A stretch of DNA of 52,476 bases from Candidatus Eiseniibacteriota bacterium (GTDB taxonomy: Bacteria > Eisenbacteria > RBG-16-71-46), in the NCBI GenBank assembly GCA_044222065.1, contig JBGAOA010000028.1:1-52476 (forward strand), given 5' to 3'. The stretch's first letter is position 1; each line of letters opens with the position of its first letter. Below the pieces are notes generated by a model that saw only the letters and a list, made by a program, of their open reading frames with translations, had not been told where the DNA came from and did not search any database. The position numbers were made by a program, and so were the translations under genes. Below, one piece after another: positions 45,996 through 52,476 of the stretch.

Positions 45996-46499
45996 ATGTT
46001 CGGCAGGTGCGACGGGTGCGGCACGACGATCCTGTTCGGTGGCAAGAAGAGCGGCGCGCGTCGCTACTGCGGGGACGCCTGCGTGCGTCGCGGCGCCCAG
46101 CTCGACGCGGCGCTCGCGATTCCGCCCGCGGTCGTGCTGCAACGTGCGATCGCCGTGCGCAACGGACTCTGCCCGCGCTGCCACGGCTCGGGGCCGATCG
46201 AGGCCCACGTCGGACACCGCGTCTGGTCGGCGCTCGTCGTGACGAGCTGGAGCTCGCACACGGTCGTCGCGTGCCGCCGCTGCGGCGTGAAGAGCCAGCT
46301 CGGCTCGGCGCTGTTCTCGCTCGTGTGCGGCTGGTGGGGATTCCCGTGGGGCCTGCTCGTCACTCCGGTGCAGGTCGTGCGCAACCTCGTCGCGGTGCTG
46401 CGCTACACGGAGACGCCCGAACCGTCGCCCGAACTCCAGCAGATCGTACGGAACGAACTCGCGGCGCAGCAGGTCGCGCAGCAGTCGCGCGCCGCGTGA
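45996..46499 (+). CDS. Zinc-ribbon (multiple CxxC) membrane protein
   Basis: RBS GAGGAGG. CDGC, YC...C, CPRC and CRRC motifs, plus the TM segment GWWGFPWG. Confidence 0.75.
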   Translation: MFGRCDGCGTTILFGGKKSGARRYCGDACVRRGAQLDAALAIPPAVVLQRAIAVRNGLCPRCHGSGPIEAHVGHRVWSALVVTSWSSHTVVACRRCGVKSQLGSALFSLVCGWWGFPWGLLVTPVQVVRNLVAVLRYTETPEPSPELQQIVRNELAAQQVAQQSRAA

Positions 46500-46509
46500 C
46501 CCCGGAGCG

Positions 46510-47774
46510 TCAGCGCGGCAGGCGCATCGCCTCGGTGAACCACGGCGTCGCGAGATCGGGGATCCGCAACTCGACGAAGTAGCGCACGAAGCGCGCGAGG
46601 TCGGACCCGGCCGCGACCGTGACGAGCACCGCGAGGCCGAGCGCGAGTACCCGGTAGCGCGGGGGCGGCAGCGCGCGGCGCGCGCTCTCGAGCGCCGCGA
46701 CGAGCAGCGCGCCCGCGAGCAGCGCGACCGGCGCGAGGAGCGGGCTCAGGAAGCGCAGGTTCTTCTGCGGCCACGCGCACGCGATCGCGAGGAACACGAG
46801 CGTGAACGCGCCGAGCCCGCGCAGCGCGCGCTCCCGCCGCTCACCGCCGCCGTTCGAGAGCCACGCCGGCTTCACGGCCGCGAGCGCCGCGCCGAGCACG
46901 CCGAGCAGGAACGGCAGCGGGTGCGTGAGCGCGAGGCCGACCGCGTAGTAGGCGGGGGAGCCCGACTGGAATTCGCGCATGTAGTCGTTCGGCGCGTTCA
47001 TGGTGCGCGCGAGTTCGAGCGCAGCGCGCAGCGGGCCCGGCCCGCCGGCCGCGGCGACGAGCGCCGCGATCCCCGCGAGTGATGCGACCGCCCCGGCGAG
47101 CAGTGCGGGGACGGCGGCCGCGGCGCGGCGCGCGCGCGCCGCGTCCACGATCGCGAGCCCCGCGACCGCGACGCGGGGATCGCGAGGCTCTCCTTCAGCG
47201 TGAGCGCCACGGCGGCGAGCAGGAAGAGCGCGCGGCGCGCGAGCGGGCGTTCGGGAGCGAACGTCCACAGCGCGGCGAGGCCGAGCGCCACGAGCGCGAC
47301 GAGTTCGTCCTGCCACGCGCGCCGCGCCATCGCGAGGTCGAGCGGCGAGGCCGCGACGAACACGAGCGCGAGCGTGCCGGCGCGCAGGCCCAGCACGCGC
47401 ACGCCGAACGCGGCCGCGAGCGCGAGCAGCAGCACGCTCGCGAGCGTCGAGAGCCCCGCGATCGGGCCCGGCGTCGGCCGTCCCGCCACCGACTGCGCGA
47501 GCGCGGCGGCGTACAGGTAGCCGGCGCGCTGCGGCCAGGGGTAGGGATGCGCGTCGGGGCCGGCGACGAACTCGCGCACGATCGCCGCGTAGGCGGCGGG
47601 CCCTTCGGCCGCGATGCGCGAGCCGAGCGCGGCGTAGAGCCGCTCGTCGGGCGTGCGGCGCGGCACCTCGAGCCACGCGAAGCGCAGCGCGATGCCCGCG
47701 AGCAGCAGGGCGACGGTGACGGCGGGGGCGATGCGGCGGCCGAGAGCGGCGAGCGGAGGCGCGGCGTCGTTCAC
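46510..47774 (-). pseudogene. Family 39/PMT-like membrane glycosyltransferase, frameshifted near 47175
   Basis: The N-half (PDE..Y, ..TLKES) is in ORF 46998-47774 and the C-half (YY, QKNLRFL.P) in ORF 46510-47676. Span is 3n+2. Confidence 0.7.
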
Positions 47775-47951
47775 GCGCCGACTATCGAGGGCGCCCCGGG
47801 GCCGGTCAACCGCGCCCGAAGCCCGCGCTCGTCGACGGCGCCGCCGCGTCCGGCCCGGCCCGCGTCGTTGCGCGCGATTCTCGAAGATCCGCCGTTGTCC
47901 CGGCTGCGGGCGCTGTGATTCACTCCGCGGCCTCGGTCCCGGAGGTACGAC

Positions 47952-48245
47952 GTGAAGCGATTCCTACGGACGCGCGTGGTGGTGCTGCTCGCGACGCTGC
48001 TGCTCGGCGCCGCGTTCCACTTCGCGCACCACCTGCTGGACCCGCACTGCGAGTCCACCGCAGGCGCCGAATCGCATCCGTGCCTCACGTGCACCGCCCT
48101 CCACGGCGCGTACGACGCGCCGGTGGTGTGGAACGGCGCCGGCCCGACCACGACTCCGCGCCCCGCGGAACTCGTCGGGCCCGCCGTCCGCGAATCGCGC
48201 GACGTCACCGGCGCGATCGCCTCGCGCGCTCCGCCCGCGGTCTGA
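47952..48245 (+). CDS. DUF2946-like His/Cys leader protein with a C-terminal RAPP motif
   Basis: RBS GGAGGT, hydrophobic N-terminus, HFAHH..HC, HPCLTC, a Pro-rich linker and SRAPPAV*. Confidence 0.75.
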   Translation: MKRFLRTRVVVLLATLLLGAAFHFAHHLLDPHCESTAGAESHPCLTCTALHGAYDAPVVWNGAGPTTTPRPAELVGPAVRESRDVTGAIASRAPPAV

Positions 48246-48339
48246 CGGCGTCCGTTCCCGTTCACGACCGTTCCGCGACTCGTCCGCGCGCTCCGCGCCG
48301 CGACGACTCGCGCGCGCACCACCTTCGGAGGCTCCACTC

Positions 48340-49485
48340 ATGTTCCGCAGAATCCTCTGCGCGCTCGCCGGCGTCGCGTGCCTGTGCTCGGCCGCCGCCG
48401 CCGGCGTGGTGAACCCCGACATCTCGGTCATCGGCCAGCCGTTCGCGCGCTGGACCGACGAAGCGGGCGATGCCGCCCGCAAGCGGCCGACGCTCGATCC
48501 CGGCGAAGTCGAGGCGATGTTCGACGCGGCGCTCAATCCGTACGCGCGCGGCGCTTTCGTGCTGTCGTTCGGCGAGGAAGGGGCGAGCGTCGAAGAAGGC
48601 TACTTCCAGCTCACGCGCGGGCTGCCCGGCGGACTCGCGATGAAGGGCGGCCGGTACCGCCTCGGCTTCGGCAAGCTCAACACCGTGCATCCGCACGCGA
48701 ACCCGTTCGCCGAGCGCTTCAACGCGCTCGCGGCCTATCTGCCCGGCGACGAGTCCTTCAACGACACGGCGCTCCAGTTGTCCGAACGGTTCGCGCTGCC
48801 CGGCGACGTGGCGGTGACGGCGTCGGTGGACTGGCTGAAGGGCGACCTGTTCCGAATCGAGCGCGCGTCGAGCGGCGCGCCGAACGACCCGCTCGAGGTC
48901 GCGGGGCCGGACGGCGACGGCGACCGCGCCGCCGAGCCGCGTCCGGGCGTGCTCGGCCGCGTGTCGGGCTTCGTGCCGATCGGCGACCGCTCCGGGCTCG
49001 AGCTCGGGCTCTCGGGCGCGCAGGGCACGAACAACGTCGCGGCCGCGACGCGCACGACGCTGCTCGGCGCGGACGCGAAGCTCAAGTTGTGGCGGAGCGA
49101 GCGCGCGTACTGGGTCGTGCAGGGCGAGTTCGTGAAGCTCTCGCGCGACGACGCCGGCTGGGACGAGCCGTCGGCCGCCTACACGAAGACCACGGTCGAG
49201 CCCGCGGGCGGGTACCTCTTCGCCGACTACAACTTCGATCAGCGCTACAACGTCGGCGTCGGCGCCGAACGCTGGCAGAGCCCGGACGCGGACGAGGTCT
49301 GGAACACGGGCCTGCGCGCGTTCGCGGGGCTCGCGCTCATGGAGGAGACGACCGCGTTCCGCGTGGACTTCGAACGCGTGCAGCCGGGAACGCCGGCCGG
49401 CGCGACCGAGGATCCCGAGGCGATCCACCGCGTGACCGTGCGCGTGCTGTTCTCGATGGGGCCTCACAAGGCCCACCAGTTCTAG
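48340..49485 (+). CDS. Outer-membrane beta-barrel associated with metal uptake
   Basis: Signal peptide, NPDISVIG, EE.Y, FGKLN..H.H and C-terminal G.H..H.F. Confidence 0.75.
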   Translation: MFRRILCALAGVACLCSAAAAGVVNPDISVIGQPFARWTDEAGDAARKRPTLDPGEVEAMFDAALNPYARGAFVLSFGEEGASVEEGYFQLTRGLPGGLAMKGGRYRLGFGKLNTVHPHANPFAERFNALAAYLPGDESFNDTALQLSERFALPGDVAVTASVDWLKGDLFRIERASSGAPNDPLEVAGPDGDGDRAAEPRPGVLGRVSGFVPIGDRSGLELGLSGAQGTNNVAAATRTTLLGADAKLKLWRSERAYWVVQGEFVKLSRDDAGWDEPSAAYTKTTVEPAGGYLFADYNFDQRYNVGVGAERWQSPDADEVWNTGLRAFAGLALMEETTAFRVDFERVQPGTPAGATEDPEAIHRVTVRVLFSMGPHKAHQF

Positions 49486-49496
49486 AGGAGGCGAAC

Positions 49497-50402
49497 GTGA
49501 TTGGACGCATTCTGCTCGCGACGGCGCTCGCCGCCGCGCTCGTGGGGCCCGCGCCCGCCGACGCCAGGCTGCGCGTCGCGGCCTCGATCAACGACCTCGC
49601 CTCGATCGCGGCCTCGGTCGGCGGCGACCAGGTCGAGGTGTTCGCGATCGCGCGTCCGAACTCGGACGTGCATCGAATCGAAGTGCTGCCCTCGTACATG
49701 GTGCGGGTCGCACGCGCGCAGCTCTACCTGAAGGTCGGTCTCGGGCTCGATCAATGGGCGGACGGCATCATCGACGGCTCGCGCAACGCCCGGCTCGCGA
49801 TCGTGGACTGCTCGCGCGGCGTGCCGGTGCTCGAGAAGCCCGCCGGGAAGGTCGACGCCTCGATGGGCGACGTCCATCCCGACGGCAACCCGCACTACTG
49901 GCTCGATCCGCGCAACGGCGGCATCGTCGCGCGCACGATCGCCGAGGCGTTCGCGCAGGCGGATCCGGCGCACGCGGCCGAGTTCCGCGCGCGCGCCGAC
50001 GCGTTCGCGAAGGACTGCGACGCGGCGTGGAAGGCGCACGAAGCGGAAGCGGCGGCGATGCCGGTGAAGGTCATCCTGACGTTTCACCGTTCGTGGTCGT
50101 ACTTCGCGAACGCGTTCGGCTTCGAGGTCGCGAGCACCGTCGAACCCGTTCCGGGCATTCCGCCGACCGCGCGTCACCTCGCCGACCTCGTGCAGCTCGT
50201 GAAGCGTCGCGGCATCCGGCAGCTGCTCGCGGAGCCCTACTTCTCGACCGACCCGGGGAAGTTCCTCGCCCGCGAGACCGGAATCGTCCCGATCGTGGCG
50301 CCGACGTCGTGCGATGAACCCGCCGCGGGCAGCTACCTCGCTCACTTCGACGGCCTGTTCGCGGCGATGCGAGGCGGCCCGCCGGGAAGGAGCGCGCGAT
50401 GA
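49497..50402 (+). CDS. Zn/Mn-type (cluster A-I) ABC substrate-binding protein
   Basis: IGGD.V.V-like motif, D.H, G..LD.W, GDVHP.GNPH.WLDP, H.SW.YF and EP.PGIPP. RBS GAGGAGG. Confidence 0.9.
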   Translation: MIGRILLATALAAALVGPAPADARLRVAASINDLASIAASVGGDQVEVFAIARPNSDVHRIEVLPSYMVRVARAQLYLKVGLGLDQWADGIIDGSRNARLAIVDCSRGVPVLEKPAGKVDASMGDVHPDGNPHYWLDPRNGGIVARTIAEAFAQADPAHAAEFRARADAFAKDCDAAWKAHEAEAAAMPVKVILTFHRSWSYFANAFGFEVASTVEPVPGIPPTARHLADLVQLVKRRGIRQLLAEPYFSTDPGKFLARETGIVPIVAPTSCDEPAAGSYLAHFDGLFAAMRGGPPGRSAR

Positions 50403-51247
50403 CCGAAGCGTTCGCCCTGCCGTTCTTCCAGATCGCGGTGATCGCGAGCCTCGTGCTCGCCGGCATCCACGCCTACCTCGGCTTCCACGTCGTCCGTCGC
50501 GGCGTGCTGTTCGTGGACCTCGCGCTGGCGCAGATGGCGGCGCTCGGGGTTGCGCTGTCGGTCGTGCTCGAGGTCGAGCACGACCCGGTGCGCTCGTACC
50601 TGCTCGCGCTCGGGATGACGTTCATCGGCGCGGCGTTGTTCGCGTGGCTGCGCGGCCGTGCGCGATCCGTCCCGCTCGAGGCCTTCATCGGCATCGTGTT
50701 CGCGACCGCCCAGGCGGTCGTGATCCTCGTGCTCGAGAAGTCGCCCTCGGGTCCGGAGCACCTCAAGGAGACGCTCGTCGGGTCGCTGTTCACGCTCGAC
50801 CCGAAGCATCTCGCCGGGATCGCGATCCTGTACGCGCTCGTGAGCGCCGTTCATTTCGCGCTGCGCGGTCCGTTCTTCGAGATCACGAACGATCCGCGCG
50901 CCGCGCGCGCCCGCGGGCGGCGCGTGTTCCTGTGGGACTTCCTGTTCTACGCCACGTTCGGCTGCGTCGTGACCGTGTCCGTGCAGGTCGCGGGCGTCCT
51001 GCTCGTGTTCGGATTCCTCGTGATTCCGGCGGTCGCCGGGCTGATCGCGACCTCGCGCACGGGCCCTGCGCTGACGCTCGGCTGGGTGTTCGGCGTGCTC
51101 GGCAGCGTGCTGGGACTGCTCGGTTCGGTGACGTGGGACCTGCCCGCGGCGCCGAGCATCCTCGTCGCGCTCACGGCCCTGCTCGTCGCGTTGAGCGCGG
51201 TGCTCGGCATCGTGCGGGCGGCCGTGAAGGCGCGCGAGACGACCTGA
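50399..51247 (+). CDS. Metal ABC transporter permease (ZnuB/MntB type)
   Basis: YLG.HV..RG..F.DLALAQ, EA.IG and GVLLVF..L.IPA motifs. Confidence 0.88.
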   Translation: MTEAFALPFFQIAVIASLVLAGIHAYLGFHVVRRGVLFVDLALAQMAALGVALSVVLEVEHDPVRSYLLALGMTFIGAALFAWLRGRARSVPLEAFIGIVFATAQAVVILVLEKSPSGPEHLKETLVGSLFTLDPKHLAGIAILYALVSAVHFALRGPFFEITNDPRAARARGRRVFLWDFLFYATFGCVVTVSVQVAGVLLVFGFLVIPAVAGLIATSRTGPALTLGWVFGVLGSVLGLLGSVTWDLPAAPSILVALTALLVALSAVLGIVRAAVKARETT

Positions 51248-51401
51248 CGCACGCGGGACGATCCGGCTCGCTCGCGACGCGCGAGTCCGGGCGCGCGCGC
51301 CGCAATTCGTTCTTGCGCGCGCGCTCGCGCGACGCGCAGAGTGCGCGCGTTCGCCGGCGGAGACCGGCGCCCGCCCACCACCCACGCGAGGGGGACGTGC
51401 C

Positions 51402-52244
51402 ATGGCCGAGCTCGTGCTGCTGGAGGTCGAGAACGGAGTCGCGACGATCACGCTCAACCGCCCCGACAGGCTGAACGCGTTCGGGGACGACATGCGCGAG
51501 CAGCTCATCTCGGCGCTCGACCGCGTCGCGGGCGACGCGGCGGCGCGCGCGCTCGTCATCACGGGCGCGGGGCGCGCGTTCTGTTCGGGCGGCGACGTGC
51601 ACCACATGCTGAAGCTCAAGCAGCGCGACGCGGACTTCCGCGAGCTGAAGCCGCTGCTCGAGTACGGCCGCGCGATCGTGACGCGGCTCGAGACGCTCTC
51701 GATCCCGACGGTGGCGGCGGTGAACGGCGTGGCGGCGGGCGCGGGCATCAACCTGGCGCTCGCGTGCGACGTGCGCGTCGCGAACGAGTCGGCCAGCTTC
51801 GGCGAGACGTTCGTGCGCATCGCGCTGCATCCGGACTGGGGCGGAACGTACTTCCTGCCGCGCCACGTCGGGCTCGCCCGTGCGCTCGAGCTGTGCTGGA
51901 CGGGCGACGTTGTGGACGCGGCCGACGCGCTCCGCATGGGCCTCGTGAACCACGTGTGGCCGGACGCGTCGTTCGCGGACGCGGTCGCGCGCTACGCCGG
52001 CCGTCTCGCGCGCGCGCCGCGCACGAGCGTGCGGCTCGCGAAGCAGACGCTGCGCGCGTCGTTCGATCGCACGCTCAACCAGTGCCTCGACGCGGAGGCG
52101 CAGGCGCAGGCGGCGTGCTGGGCGTCGGACGACGTGGCCGAGGGTCTCGCGGCGTTCGCGGAGAAGCGCACGCCGGAGTTCGGCGGCGAGCTGGTCGCGG
52201 CGGGGGACGTGGGGCCGACGTCAGCGGCGAGGCGGTTCGAGTAG
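51402..52244 (+). CDS. Enoyl-CoA hydratase/isomerase (crotonase family, PaaG-like)
   Basis: TLNRP..LNA, AFCSGGD, AVNG.AAGAG..LALACD, F.RI.L.PDWGG and AF.EKR.P.F. Confidence 0.9.
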   Translation: MAELVLLEVENGVATITLNRPDRLNAFGDDMREQLISALDRVAGDAAARALVITGAGRAFCSGGDVHHMLKLKQRDADFRELKPLLEYGRAIVTRLETLSIPTVAAVNGVAAGAGINLALACDVRVANESASFGETFVRIALHPDWGGTYFLPRHVGLARALELCWTGDVVDAADALRMGLVNHVWPDASFADAVARYAGRLARAPRTSVRLAKQTLRASFDRTLNQCLDAEAQAQAACWASDDVAEGLAAFAEKRTPEFGGELVAAGDVGPTSAARRFE

Positions 52245-52288
52245 GGCACGGGGCTCGCGCGCGGCCGGCGCGTGCGTCGGTCCCCACG

Positions 52289-52441
52289 TACACGCGGAAG
52301 GCGAGGCGGAAGTCCGCGCACACTCGAGGCGCAGCGGAAGGCGAGTCGGAAGTCCCTCTCGGGCGCCACGCGAACTCCCGCGATCAGTTACACGCGGAAG
52401 GCGAGTCGGAAGTCCACGCATTCACGAGGCGCAGCGGAAGG
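52289..52441 (+). repeat. GGAAG-rich direct repeat cluster
   Basis: GCGGAAGGCGAG(G/T)CGGAAGTCC at 52294, 52334 and 52394, partial at 52434. There is a higher-order 100-bp duplication (52289-52341 vs 52389-52441). Confidence 0.8.
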
Positions 52442-52476
52442 GGGGTCGGTTGGCCCCCACCGGCCCCTCGGCCGGG

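Noticed and set aside
52289..52441. CRISPR array
   Set aside because: The intervening sequences are 18, 38 and 18 nt, the two short ones resemble each other, and no cas genes are in the window.

Overview
Very GC-rich, gene-dense bacterial chromosomal window with about 47 real CDSs. Most long ORFs in the supplied track are GC-rich shadow frames. Secreted proteins with FlgD/T9SS-like tails or a 'TTWGAVKSLYR' tail suggest an FCB-related uncultured lineage such as Ca. Eisenbacteria (inference). Contents in order: (1) a DNA-repair cluster (tag, photolyase, DUF1203-ogt-adaA/alkA) whose alkylation cassette is bracketed by two copies of a 97-bp structured element with different self-complementary arms; (2) GT39, DoxX, GNAT and a tricorn protease; (3) a HEAT-repeat + HD-GYP pair; (4) a circularly permuted blue-copper lipoprotein next to a degenerate ApbE; (5) an SPFH-RHH operon with a phased operator; (6) a small secreted peptide + sensor kinase + NarL-type regulator + TonB receptor + two secreted proteins; (7) AtuA, an aminotransferase, a cupredoxin + pseudo-kinase pair, BioY and acyl-CoA catabolic enzymes; (8) a lone FRG gene; (9) a His/Cys-rich RAPP leader peptide in front of an outer-membrane barrel and an ATPase-less metal ABC module; (10) a GGAAG-rich repeat at the right edge. 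Two genes carry frameshifts, probably assembly indels. No rRNA, tRNA, CRISPR array or transposase was recognised. All calls come from reading motifs by eye, with no database searches.
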